From: an uncultured Spirochaetota bacterium
GTDB lineage: Bacteria; Spirochaetota; B62-G9; DRHN01
Assembly (NCBI GenBank): GCA_964424795.1
Contig: CAYRKG010000001.1
Coordinates: 101,312 to 165,311, forward strand
Length of the DNA: 64,000 nucleotides
Reading direction: 5' to 3'
The notes under the pieces are model-generated. The model did no database searches, was not told where the DNA came from, and saw only the letters and a list, made by a program, of their open reading frames with translations. Shown here piece by piece: positions 38,268 through 47,632 of the stretch. Both the position numbers and the translations under genes were made by a program. Numbering within the stretch: the first letter of the stretch is position 1; every line of letters begins with the position of its first letter.

Positions 38268-39461
38268 TTATGAATGACCTATTGTTTTTCTTATCATATA
38301 AATTTCTTCACTTAAAGGATACTGCCCATATTTTAACCCTGCTTCATATAATATAATAATATTTTCAGGTTGAACATCATCTTGAATATTTTGGGCGCAA
38401 CAAAATATATAACCACCACTTGGCGCATAAATAGCTATTCTTCTTTTAGCTTCTTCGATTACTTCTTGTGTTGTTCCATATGGCATAATTTTTTGAATAT
38501 CTATACCTCCATGAAAACAAAGTCTATTCCCGTATGTATCTTTCAAATAAGTACTATCCATCTGATAAGCTCGAGGTTGAAGTGAATTAAGGGCATCTAT
38601 TCCAACTTCTAATAATAAAGGAACCATTTCTCTAACTGCACCACAACTATGGTGAAATATTTTTGCCTTTGTTTTTGATTTTATAAAATTAATTAGTTCT
38701 TTATAATAAGGAAATATTAACTTCTCATAAAGTTTTGGTGAGATAAAACTACCTTGTTGTGTTCCAAGGTCATCATGTAGAAATATTATATCAATATATT
38801 TCCCAATGATATTCAAATATACATCCATAATAGCCAAAGAAATATCTGTAAGTTTTCGTAATAAAGTATGCGCCCATTTAGGTCTGCATATCATATCAAC
38901 ACTAAAATTCTCAAATCCTCTTAGCCAAAACGAAGTTTCTAAAAGACCGAATACCGCAGGTGCAGCAACTATTGAATAATCAGTATTATAATAAAGATAT
39001 TCAACACGATCTTTTAATCCCTTTACTCTATGAGGATCATATGGATCAAAAAATTTATAGTTTTTTATCTCATTAATCGATTTTGCATCTCTAATTGGGT
39101 GATATATTATTTCTCCATATATTCCTTTGTATTTCCATACAAAACCAATTTCGTCAGTCCAGGTTCCATCATTTGACAATACTCTTTTATAATTTTCTCC
39201 CGCACCTATAAATACTCTTCTGAAATCTATGTCAAATTTTTGCAAAATACGTTCATCAATTTCTGTAGCCATAAGCCAATTCTCATCAATTCTTTCATAT
39301 TCAACTGGTTCGAGATTTAAATATTTTTTTAAATTGTAGTAAGCATTTTTTGTGATAGTAGAAACAGCTGCACCTAAATCAATTGGAACTCTGTCAGCTT
39401 CTTCATGATTCAATACTTTTCTCACTCTTTCTCTATGGGTATATTTCATTCTTTTCTTCAA
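38268..39461 (-). CDS. Uroporphyrinogen decarboxylase (URO-D) family protein
   Basis: 397 aa. N-terminal RERVRKVLNHEEADRVPIDL and an overall URO-D/MtaA-like layout. Very AT-rich gene. Confidence 0.55.
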   Translation of the reverse strand: MKKRMKYTHRERVRKVLNHEEADRVPIDLGAAVSTITKNAYYNLKKYLNLEPVEYERIDENWLMATEIDERILQKFDIDFRRVFIGAGENYKRVLSNDGTWTDEIGFVWKYKGIYGEIIYHPIRDAKSINEIKNYKFFDPYDPHRVKGLKDRVEYLYYNTDYSIVAAPAVFGLLETSFWLRGFENFSVDMICRPKWAHTLLRKLTDISLAIMDVYLNIIGKYIDIIFLHDDLGTQQGSFISPKLYEKLIFPYYKELINFIKSKTKAKIFHHSCGAVREMVPLLLEVGIDALNSLQPRAYQMDSTYLKDTYGNRLCFHGGIDIQKIMPYGTTQEVIEEAKRRIAIYAPSGGYIFCCAQNIQDDVQPENIIILYEAGLKYGQYPLSEEIYMIRKTIGHS

Positions 39462-39501
39462 TGTTTAATACATTTTATTATGTGTAACCAAATTATAGGT
39501 T

Positions 39502-39590
39502 GAAAAATCTCAACTCTACCCAATAATGATTTCAATGCTAACTCATAACCATTTGATGTATGGGGAGTTAATACACCATATTACTAAAAG
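39502..39590 (-). repeat. Intergenic hairpin repeat, copy R4
   Basis: GAAAAATCTCAACTCTACCCAATAATGATTTCAATGCTAACTCATAACCATTTGATG... is ~80% identical by eye to copy R3. Confidence 0.6.
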
Positions 39591-39660
39591 AGCAACCTAC
39601 TACTAAATGAACTTTATTGTGAGTGCCATTTTGACTAGTTCGAACGACAACTAAACATAA

Positions 39661-40632
39661 TTAAACCTTTGTCCTTTCAGCTCCATATCTATGACCTATG
39701 ATTGCAAATATAATTATTACTCCATATACAAGTTTTGTCCAAAACCCGGTTAAACCTACTGCTATTATTCCCGTTTCTAAGAAACCTATAATTAATGCAC
39801 CAAGAAACGCCCCATATATTGTACCAACTCCACCCCATGTAGGAGTACCACCAAGAAAGACTGCTGCTAATGCAACTAATAGATATCCTTCACCTGAAGT
39901 TGGCCAGAAATTCAAATTTATGGTGTTGGATAATATACCAGAAAATGCACCAGAGAATCCTACTAAAATGAATGATCCAATAATTGTTTTATCTACATTT
40001 ATACCCATCTCCCTCGCACTTTCTCTATTATCCCCAACAAAACGTACATGGGCCCCAAATTTGAAACGATTAAATATAAACCATAAACCTATACTAAAAA
40101 CTAAAGCCCATATCATTTGTATTGGAAAGTTTATTATTCTTCCTACCATAATTTTATAAAATATACTTTTATCAAGATCTGTAAGTACCAGATTTCTACC
40201 TTGAGTTAAAACCATTATGAACCCTCTTAGTGCATACATCATACCTAAAGTGGACACCAAAGATGAAAGCTTGAGTTTAGTTATTAATAATCCATTTATT
40301 AATCCACATACTATACCAGTGATTATACCAGCAATTAAACCTAAATAAGGACTCTTTATCCAGATTGTAATATATGAAAATGACAATCCAGAAATTCCCA
40401 TAACAGACCCAAAAGATAAATCTATTTCACCACTTACAATAACAAATACCAGGGATAAGGTAAGTATTATAATAATAGGTACAGATGTTAAAACTGCATT
40501 ATAAATATTTACATTAAGAAAAATTTTAGGCTTAAATATTATGAAGATCATAAAAATAGCCAGAAAAACATAAGTAACATTAATTGCTCTCTGATATTTT
40601 AGAAATAGTATTTTCTTATTTATTCTAGGCAT
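39661..40632 (-). CDS. CUT2-type (RbsC/FrcC-like) sugar ABC transporter permease
   Basis: 323 aa, ~9 TM segments. Glycine-rich C-terminal segments are typical of the BPD_transp_2 family. Confidence 0.75.
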   Translation of the reverse strand: MPRINKKILFLKYQRAINVTYVFLAIFMIFIIFKPKIFLNVNIYNAVLTSVPIIIILTLSLVFVIVSGEIDLSFGSVMGISGLSFSYITIWIKSPYLGLIAGIITGIVCGLINGLLITKLKLSSLVSTLGMMYALRGFIMVLTQGRNLVLTDLDKSIFYKIMVGRIINFPIQMIWALVFSIGLWFIFNRFKFGAHVRFVGDNRESAREMGINVDKTIIGSFILVGFSGAFSGILSNTINLNFWPTSGEGYLLVALAAVFLGGTPTWGGVGTIYGAFLGALIIGFLETGIIAVGLTGFWTKLVYGVIIIFAIIGHRYGAERTKV

Positions 40633-40674
40633 TTAAAACCTCTATAAATTGATTATGAAGAAATGGTTTATATC

Positions 40675-40790
40675 AATTTAGAGCCTCAACTCTATTAAAG
40701 TAAAGGTACACTATCCAAATAAGTAATTTAGGGACCATTGACCATTTGCTATTCTCATAATATCCGGTTGAATATATGATAGAGGTCAAA
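40675..40790 (-). repeat. Intergenic hairpin repeat, divergent copy R5
   Basis: Shares CTCAACTCTA and ACCATTTG blocks with R3/R4. More degenerate than the other copies. Confidence 0.35.
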
Positions 40791-40850
40791 GAGATATCAA
40801 TCCAAGAATTATACAGAGCTAATTAGAAATTAAATTTATCTTAATATCTT

Positions 40851-41600
40851 TTACAATCTACTTTTAGCAATATTAGTCATTTTATTAATAAGTTCATCAA
40901 GCGTTATTGTAGATTTATTTATTGAAGCCGAAATTTCTCCTCTATCCATTATGGCAAATCTTTCAGCAATGTCATAAACATGATAGATATTGTGTGTTAT
41001 AAAAATACAAGAACTTCCTCTTTCTTTTATTCTCTGAACGAAATCAAAAACTTTTTTAGTTTCTAAAATAGATAAAGCCGTTGTTGGCTCATCTAAAATA
41101 ACAAGGTTTGCCTTAAAAAATATTGCTCTAGAAATAGCTACTCCTTCACGCTCCCCACCAGAACATGTTAATACTTTTGATTCTGGAATGAGTAAACTTG
41201 ATGTAAAGCCCATCTCTCTCATTAATTTTTCTGTTTCTATTCTTTGTTTTTTAAAATTTATATAACCAATAAAATTAGAAATTTCTCTTCCCATAAAAAT
41301 ATTACTTTCTAAAGATTGCTGATCTGCTAAAGCTTTATCCTGATAAACTGTCTCTATTCCTGCATTACGAGCTTCTTTTATACCCCATTTATTTAATTCT
41401 TTGCCATTTAAAAAAATTTTTCCTGAGTCGGGAGGATACAATCCTGAAATAATTTTTATTAATGTTGACTTGCCAGCACCATTATCTCCTATAAGGCCTA
41501 TTATTTCATTATTTCCAACTTTAAAATTAATGTTGCCAATTGCTAGAATTGTCCCGAAATGTTTGGTAATATTCCTTAATTCCAAAAAACAATTATTCAT
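40851..41600 (-). CDS. Sugar ABC transporter ATP-binding protein (single NBD, FrcA-like)
   Basis: 249 aa. Walker A GDNGAGKST, signature CSGGEREG (variant of LSGGQ), Walker B LVILDEPT, H-loop ITHN. Confidence 0.8.
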   Translation of the reverse strand: MNNCFLELRNITKHFGTILAIGNINFKVGNNEIIGLIGDNGAGKSTLIKIISGLYPPDSGKIFLNGKELNKWGIKEARNAGIETVYQDKALADQQSLESNIFMGREISNFIGYINFKKQRIETEKLMREMGFTSSLLIPESKVLTCSGGEREGVAISRAIFFKANLVILDEPTTALSILETKKVFDFVQRIKERGSSCIFITHNIYHVYDIAERFAIMDRGEISASINKSTITLDELINKMTNIAKSRL

Positions 41601-41796
41601 TGAAATACACCCTTTTCATTGGATCTCTAATGAGTTATTCTAGTTTAAAAGATATCTTGAAGACCCCATTTTTGCAAATTAATTAATAAGATCTTTCTTT
41701 CTTCATTTTATAACCGTATAGCTTACCATCTTACGTTCTCTTGTATATGAAACCAGATTATCTTAGGAGTACAACACAATCATAATATTAAGAAAT

Positions 41797-41905
41797 GAAA
41801 AAGCCCAACTCAACCCAATAATAGTTACAATGCAAACTAATAGCCATTTGTAAAATAGGGTGTTGGGCTATGGCCTATGATCATTCTATATTCAGGTAAA
41901 TACTT
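41797..41905 (-). repeat. Intergenic hairpin repeat, copy R3 (terminator-like on the minus strand)
   Basis: AGCCCAAC (41802-41809) and GTTGGGCT (41862-41869) enclose 52 nt. On the minus strand the hairpin is followed by a T-run. Confidence 0.65.
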
Positions 41906-42157
41906 CAAATGTATTTAAGATTTTCTTCATGTATTTGAGTTCATCTAAAAAATTCCACTTCATATTATCAAGTGTCTTTGTTAACGTCATTTACAAAAAT
42001 GTTTTTATTCTTAAATACATCATTTTCATAAATCTTTCCTTTCAGATTTCAATCCTTTGCTATGTTCTATATTTATCCTCCCCCAATTTATAATATTCGT
42101 TTCCTTTCTTATCTTATAAAATATTCTATACCAAGCACTCTAAATATATTCTTTACC

Positions 42158-43186
42158 TTATCTAATTCCTAGTTTAGCCCAGTGTGCTACTTCTTTATAA
42201 TTTGATTGATCAACAAAGACCTCACCTGACCCAGTATCTACAGTTATTAAAGAAAAACCATATTTTTGATTCAAGCAAACACTTAATACACCTAATAACC
42301 CTTCGAGGTAAGGCTGCTGGTCTATTGCTAAACTTGCATATCCTTTCTCAAATGCTTCAATTACTTTAGGAGATACATCATACCCAATATTCTTAATTTC
42401 TCCTGGTTTCTTCCCTAAAGATTCCATATAATAAGGACATGCACCAAGAAATTGACCTCCAGAGTAACTTATCAACTTTACATCGGGATTAGCTGCAACC
42501 GCCCCAGCTACTTGTGGCTGAAATAAAGTAGGATCAGCAGCTGATTCCATTGAATGTTTTATTTTTACTATATTTGCTCTAATCTCTTCGAAGGCCCTTA
42601 ACATACTAACATCTCTTACCTCAAAACCTGGTTCACCCCAGTTACCATCAAGTATTACAGTGTCCCCGGCTTTAATCCCAAATTGTTCTACAGCCCTTTT
42701 ACCTAATGTATATCCTAGTCTATCCCAATAAGTCCCTATATACCCTGTCTGATATTTTTCTTGAACTTTCGGAACATCGACAGCTATCATTGTTATAACA
42801 ATTCCAGCTTTTTTCGCCTGATCAACTAGGGGTAATAACGCATCATCTCCTGGATAGCTCATCATTACAATACAATCTGGTTTAGCTGCTATAGCTTCTC
42901 TAAGTTGTTGTAAAATTTTCTCTGTTTGCCAACCTGACCATATGTAATCCACATCACATCCAAGAAAGTCTTGAGCAGCTTTCGCACCATTAAAAACTAT
43001 TGTAGCCCATAAATCACCCTCATCACCACCACAAAAGAATCTCACCTTTATACCTGCAAATGGCTTTTCCTCCATAACACCTACTTTTTCTTCAACAGTA
43101 ACTCCCTCTTCTTTTCCTGCATAAAGTGAAAAAGCGATGAAGCAAAAAATAATAATTATACTTACCAATAATAATTTAGTCTTCAT
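42158..43186 (-). CDS. Periplasmic sugar-binding protein (RbsB/Peripla_BP-like)
   Basis: 342 aa with an N-terminal signal/anchor and a GGAGG RBS. It heads the ABC genes on the minus strand. Confidence 0.7.
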   Translation of the reverse strand: MKTKLLLVSIIIIFCFIAFSLYAGKEEGVTVEEKVGVMEEKPFAGIKVRFFCGGDEGDLWATIVFNGAKAAQDFLGCDVDYIWSGWQTEKILQQLREAIAAKPDCIVMMSYPGDDALLPLVDQAKKAGIVITMIAVDVPKVQEKYQTGYIGTYWDRLGYTLGKRAVEQFGIKAGDTVILDGNWGEPGFEVRDVSMLRAFEEIRANIVKIKHSMESAADPTLFQPQVAGAVAANPDVKLISYSGGQFLGACPYYMESLGKKPGEIKNIGYDVSPKVIEAFEKGYASLAIDQQPYLEGLLGVLSVCLNQKYGFSLITVDTGSGEVFVDQSNYKEVAHWAKLGIR

Positions 43187-43424
43187 TAAAATCCTCCTTA
43201 TAAATATATTTTTAAACCCTTAACTAAACTCATAACTTTTTATATTAATGAGTTATAGAGGGGCTATTTTATAATATATCATCTACTCATAAAGTATTAT
43301 GTTATTGGTAAAAAATCAGATGACTAAAATGTATTTCATTCTTAAAACTTTAATAATCCAGAAATCTTACTTATTTCGTTATCAAATAAATTTAAAAAAA
43401 TTTAATACATAATCAAATTTTATT

Positions 43425-43534
43425 ATGTTATATTTTAAACATATTGGTTAATTTTAAATAAATTATCAATTTTTGTCAACATATTTTTCCAAAAATATGT
43501 TGAAAATATACCATTTTAGTTTAAAATATAACAT
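43425..43534. promoter_or_regulatory. Nested perfect inverted repeats in the divergent SBP/DeoR control region
   Basis: Outer arms ATGTTATATTTTAAAC (43425-43440) and GTTTAAAATATAACAT (43519-43534). Inner palindrome CAACATATTTTT-cc-AAAAATATGTTG (43477-43502). Confidence 0.6.
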
Positions 43535-43594
43535 CTATCATAGATAGATAAGCTTTGGAAGACCGTTTAAAAAAACTGAACGAGTTGTAACAAC

Positions 43595-44368
43595 ATGGAA
43601 GAAAGGATTAATAAGATTACTGAGCTTCTAGCAAAAAGGGGATATATGAGTGTACTTGAACTAGCGGAAGTAATGAATGTATCCGATATGACAATTAGAA
43701 GGGATCTTGAAAAACTTGATAAAGAGGGTTTAATAAGACGCACACATGGAGGAGCGTATATTGAGCTGAGTATGTTGGAAGTCGATTATCATATACGCGA
43801 AACAGTATACCTTCCAGAGAAAGAGGCTATTGGACGTAAGGCCTATACCCTAATTCAGCCAGGAGAATCAATTTTTATCGATGCAGGGAGTACAACTTCA
43901 TTCCTTGCATCATCAATAGATGATACAAAAAAACTAACGGTGGTAACACATTCTATTGTGGTTTCCCAAGCTCTAATGAATAAACATAATGTCGATACAA
44001 TCATGTTGGGTGGCAAGTTACACAGTGCAACTCAATCTCTAATAGGACCTCTTACCGAAGAAGGTCTTAAAAAGTTCAAATATACAAAAGCCTTTCTTGG
44101 AACTAGTGGAATTAACCTCTCAGAGGGTCTAACCATTTCAACTATAGATGAAGTTCCAATAAAAAGGCAAGCAGCTCTTAACTCGAAACGGGTAATTTTA
44201 CTTGCAGATAGTACCAAGTTCAATAAGGATGTCCTGGCTGTTTTTTTAAGGATTGATGAAATAGATACAATTATTACCGATTGGCATTTGAAAGAAACAG
44301 ATCGCAAAATACTGGAAGAAAAAGGAATCGAGGTATTATTGGCTGATAAAAGGAGGATAACCAATTAA
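43595..44368 (+). CDS. DeoR-family transcriptional regulator
   Basis: 257 aa. N-terminal wHTH (MSVLELAEVMNVSDMTIRRDLEKLDKEGLIRRTHGGA) plus a DeoR C-terminal sensor domain. Confidence 0.85.
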   Translation: MEERINKITELLAKRGYMSVLELAEVMNVSDMTIRRDLEKLDKEGLIRRTHGGAYIELSMLEVDYHIRETVYLPEKEAIGRKAYTLIQPGESIFIDAGSTTSFLASSIDDTKKLTVVTHSIVVSQALMNKHNVDTIMLGGKLHSATQSLIGPLTEEGLKKFKYTKAFLGTSGINLSEGLTISTIDEVPIKRQAALNSKRVILLADSTKFNKDVLAVFLRIDEIDTIITDWHLKETDRKILEEKGIEVLLADKRRITN

Positions 44369-44446
44369 AAATTGTAATAATTTCAAAATAGTTTTTGGAG
44401 ATTTAAAATTAGTATTAAAAATATCTAAAATCTAAGGGTTCTTAAT

Positions 44447-45298
44447 TTGAATTTTCTTCCTTCAATAGAATTGGTAAAAAAAGCTGAAAAAGAAGGCTAT
44501 GCTGTACCTTCATTCTGCATCTGGAATGCAGAAACAATAAAAACAGTTCTTGATTGTGCATCAGAGATGAAAGCCCCAGTCATTATTATGAATGGATGGG
44601 CTGAGTTTAAGCTTTTAAATCCTGAAGTAACTAGTGAGGTAGCACAAGAGCTAGCAAAAAAACACAAATATCCGATAGCATTGCATTTAGATCACGGGAA
44701 ATCAATTCAACAGATTAAGAAAGGCCTTGTAGCAGGCTATTCATCAGTTATGCTCGATTACTCAACAAAACCTTTCGATTTAAATGTTAAGGCTTTAAAA
44801 AAGGTTGTGGAGTTGGCTCACCCTATTGGAGTAACTGTTGAAGGTGAGATAGGCGCCATCGGGAGGGTTGACATGACAACAACTGAAGGGGACTCGAACT
44901 CTCAGCTAACCAAACCAAAAGATGCTGAAGAATACGTAGCACAAACTGGTATCGATATGCTGGCTGTATCCATCGGAAATGCTCATGGTGTTTATACAAG
45001 ACCTCCCAATCTTGACTTTGATAGGTTAAAAGAAATTAAAGAGGTAGTGAATATACCCCTGGTTCTTCATGGAGGATCAAGTACTCCAGAGAATCATTTA
45101 AAAAAGGCTATTTTTCTTGGGATGTCAAAAATAAATGTGGCAAGTGACTTGGTCTACACGATACGTCAATCTCTGATGAAACAGTGGAACTCGGGTGAAA
45201 ATCTATATGTTCCCCTTGCTTATGCCAAAGCTGTAAAAGAAATGGCCGGAGTTGTCAGGAGATGGATCCGGTTAACTGGTGCGGAGAGAAAGGCTTAA
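44447..45298 (+). CDS. Class II (metal-dependent) ketose-bisphosphate aldolase (FBA/tagatose-bisphosphate aldolase family)
   Basis: 283 aa, TTG start. HLDHG, SVMLDYS, EGEIG, GNAHG and LVLHGGS motifs. Confidence 0.8.
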   Translation: MNFLPSIELVKKAEKEGYAVPSFCIWNAETIKTVLDCASEMKAPVIIMNGWAEFKLLNPEVTSEVAQELAKKHKYPIALHLDHGKSIQQIKKGLVAGYSSVMLDYSTKPFDLNVKALKKVVELAHPIGVTVEGEIGAIGRVDMTTTEGDSNSQLTKPKDAEEYVAQTGIDMLAVSIGNAHGVYTRPPNLDFDRLKEIKEVVNIPLVLHGGSSTPENHLKKAIFLGMSKINVASDLVYTIRQSLMKQWNSGENLYVPLAYAKAVKEMAGVVRRWIRLTGAERKA

Positions 45299-45450
45299 CA
45301 AAAATGATAGAATCGATTTGGATTTTTCATATATCATGCAATTTACACCCTCCAAAAGATATACTCTTCATAAACAAACAACCAATCTCTATGGTGTATG
45401 GAAATTGAACTCTGAGAACATGATCTCTTTGATCATTAGAGCAAAAACAA

Positions 45451-46527
45451 TCATCTTGCAGCCCAGGTGATTGGCCCGGGCCCCTCCCTGTTTACTGCTT
45501 GGTCAAGGACCCTGAGTGCTTTGCTAAGTCCCTCAGCAAAAGATTTTCTTGAGTCTTCGTGTTCTATACTTATCACATGATCGTAACCCCAGAGCTGGAG
45601 TTCAGTGATAAAGCGCGACCACCAATTCAGGTCGTGGTCACCGTTCACAGGGTCTCTTCCTTCACCTATGGTTACAAACCGCCAGACTCGATCCTTCTCC
45701 TGCGAATAAGGTATAACACTGTGATTACCCTGAATGAAAGTGTTATAGAAGTCCACAAAAGTATCTTTTCCATGGCAATGTTTTATGGGACCAGTACCTA
45801 AGGTTTTATTTAGGTATCTCACTACAGCTATGGGGTCCATATTACGCCAAAAGAGGTGGCTTGGGTCAAAGTTTAGGCCCAAGGTAGTTCCATCATCGCC
45901 CACCCTTTCAAGGAGATTAAGATAGGTTTCAGGATTGTGAACAAGGAAATTGGGGTGAAGCTCAAAAGCGAGCGCTACACCGGAATCCCGTGCTTCTTTC
46001 ACCAGATCCTTCCATACAAAAGATGCATATCTAAACTGTTGCTGGAATGAATCGAAATGTTCATCGGGCCATGGACAGACATTCCACCCTGGTAGTTTCC
46101 CTTGCTGAAGAACTTTCCCATTTTTATCTACTATTATATCGGCAGCCGGTAAACCGGAAAAGCAGTTCACCACTCGTACTGGTTTCTCATCTTTATCTCT
46201 AAGGAGGCACCTATCCAATCTACTCATAAGAGCAATGGCATTTTTCAGTCGATTGAGGCTTATTTCTGCGATTTCACGATCAGGGTGTAGTGGATTCCCA
46301 TGGGCTGAGAGCGAAGAAAGAAAAAACCCTCTATCAACGATAGCTTCCTCAAACTCATCCCGCTTTGTAGAATCCTTTATAAAAAGCGGTGGGTCACAGT
46401 GTGCAATCCCATAGAGGCTCACCCCGACCTCGATACATTCCAAAGATGTAAATTCCTTTCTTAGGAAATCCAATACCTTCGGAAGTGGTTCCTTCGCATA
46501 AGGAGCAATAAGAAAGCCGATCTTCAT
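45451..46527 (-). CDS. Xylose isomerase-like TIM-barrel protein (paralogue of 37066-38034)
   Basis: 358 aa, GGAGG RBS. Motifs HGNPLHP, FELHPN, NFDPSHLFWRNMDPI, HCHGKD and ISIEHED. Noticeably more GC-rich than its neighbours. Confidence 0.7.
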   Translation of the reverse strand: MKIGFLIAPYAKEPLPKVLDFLRKEFTSLECIEVGVSLYGIAHCDPPLFIKDSTKRDEFEEAIVDRGFFLSSLSAHGNPLHPDREIAEISLNRLKNAIALMSRLDRCLLRDKDEKPVRVVNCFSGLPAADIIVDKNGKVLQQGKLPGWNVCPWPDEHFDSFQQQFRYASFVWKDLVKEARDSGVALAFELHPNFLVHNPETYLNLLERVGDDGTTLGLNFDPSHLFWRNMDPIAVVRYLNKTLGTGPIKHCHGKDTFVDFYNTFIQGNHSVIPYSQEKDRVWRFVTIGEGRDPVNGDHDLNWWSRFITELQLWGYDHVISIEHEDSRKSFAEGLSKALRVLDQAVNREGPGPITWAAR

Positions 46528-46816
46528 TTGAATTACCTCCTTTCAATTTTTCGGAAAATCATAATTTAGAACTGTAATACTATCAAGCCGATAGTAAAAA
46601 AAGGATTACTAACTTAGTATATTCTGCCGCAATTAATAGTCTATATTAATATATTAAAAAATAATACAAACGCTAGCAGAAAAAACAACAATCAAGTCTT
46701 AAGACAATTCACGATTTGAAGGTCAGAACAATAGTAATTCTGTGTTACCCATCAAATACATAGCAGGGACAGAGATTCACTAAATGATAAAACCAAACTT
46801 GTAAACTTAGAAATTT

Positions 46817-46972
46817 ATGTTGAAAATACTCCTTTTCTTACTTAATAAGAAAATTGCGGGTATATCTACAAAATCGGGCATACATGATTACTGCGGTCCA
46901 AAGGGTCTGTGGAAATGCCAGTAGCCTGAATATTACAAGGATTTCATGACTAAAGAGGATGCCCTTAAATAG
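46817..46972 (+). pseudogene. Sir2-family NAD-dependent deacylase, 5' fragment with an in-frame stop, truncated at the repeat junction
   Basis: MLKILLFLLNKKIAGISTKSGIHDYCGPKGLWKCQ*PEYYKDFMTKEDALK* matches the sirtuin N-terminal GAGIS..SGI.D(F/Y)R.P.GLW motif. It ends exactly where ppdK copy B starts. Confidence 0.6.
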
Positions 46973-47425
46973 TATGCTGAGTTTTTCAGTTTTGGAACAA
47001 ATGACCTGACACAAACAACAAACGGTCTCTCAAGAGACGATTTTAACTCATTCTTCACCGATTACAATGAGTTTGACCTCTTAGAGCAAAACCCCTTCAA
47101 GGTTTTGGGAGAGCAGGTAAAAGAGCTGATCAAGCTTGCAGCAGAACGGGGAAAGCTCACAAGACCTGATATTGTAATGGGAATATGTGGAGAGCATGGT
47201 GCTGAGCCTGCAAATATACCTTTTGTGAAACAGAACGGCTTAAACTACGTCTCCTGCTCACCATACGGCATACCGATAGCAAAGCTCGCCATTGCCCAGA
47301 TGAATCTAAAGGAAAATGCTTAAATTAGGGACAGCTCCTGTTTTTACTTCTTCTCTGGTTATTTAGTGCCATTTTCTCACATATTGAGTAACAGAGCATT
47401 TAATTATTGATATAGTTATACATTA
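46973..47425 (+). repeat. Direct repeat copy B: displaced 3' ppdK fragment (coding part 46973-47323) plus downstream sequence
   Basis: Identical to 30743-31080 over 338 nt. The C-terminus reads ...NLKENA* against ...NLKQEA* in the intact gene. There is no start context of its own. Confidence 0.9.
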
Positions 47426-47593
47426 CTGTTTCTTGCTAAGAGCTGTTTTTATGCTTCGAGTTTGCTACGTGGCTTTATAAAGCCTGTCCGACCATGCTCC
47501 CCCTTCTGTATGAGTTTTGAAGTTATTGTTACATGAAAAAAATAGCCATCCCCCAATTTTTAACAGCATGATAAGTTCGAGTCATATACAACT

Positions 47594-47627
47594 CCCTTTT
47601 TATTGTGTCCTGAAGTAATATGTCCCA
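47594..47627. repeat. Solo REP-like element related to the RAYT-flanking units
   Basis: CCCTTTTTATTGTGTCCTGAAGTAATATGTCCCA against CCCCTTTTATTGTGTCCCAAAGTATTGTGTCCCC at 2357-2391. Confidence 0.55.
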
Positions 47628-47632
47628 GAATA

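Noticed and set aside
41892-41990. 32-aa minus-strand ORF (MTLTKTLDNMKWNFLDELKYMKKILNTFEVFT) in the 557-nt gap between the SBP and ATPase genes
   Set aside because: It is plausible-looking but has no clear RBS and no recognisable family. Without conservation data it cannot be distinguished from chance.
45279-45470. 63-aa ORF between the aldolase and the convergent TIM-barrel gene
   Set aside because: It overlaps both neighbours' ends, has no RBS and has no recognisable motif.
31213-46972. Integrase, recombinase or transposase gene that would explain the insertion
   Set aside because: None of the ORFs of 60 aa or more in the cargo shows tyrosine or serine recombinase or DDE motifs by eye. 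The mobility mechanism therefore stays inferred (homologous single crossover, or a lost recombinase).
47105-47323. 72-aa ORF on the track (MGEQVKELIKLAAERGKL...)
   Set aside because: It is simply the tail of the duplicated ppdK 3' fragment (copy B). The homology continues upstream of its ATG without a start context, so it is not an independent gene.
47560-47600. tRNA-like T-arm (AAGTTCGAGTCAT) near the island edge
   Set aside because: The flanking sequence cannot form acceptor, D or anticodon arms, and the loop length is wrong. I recognised no tRNA, rRNA or CRISPR array anywhere in the window, though this was by eye and not with a covariance search.
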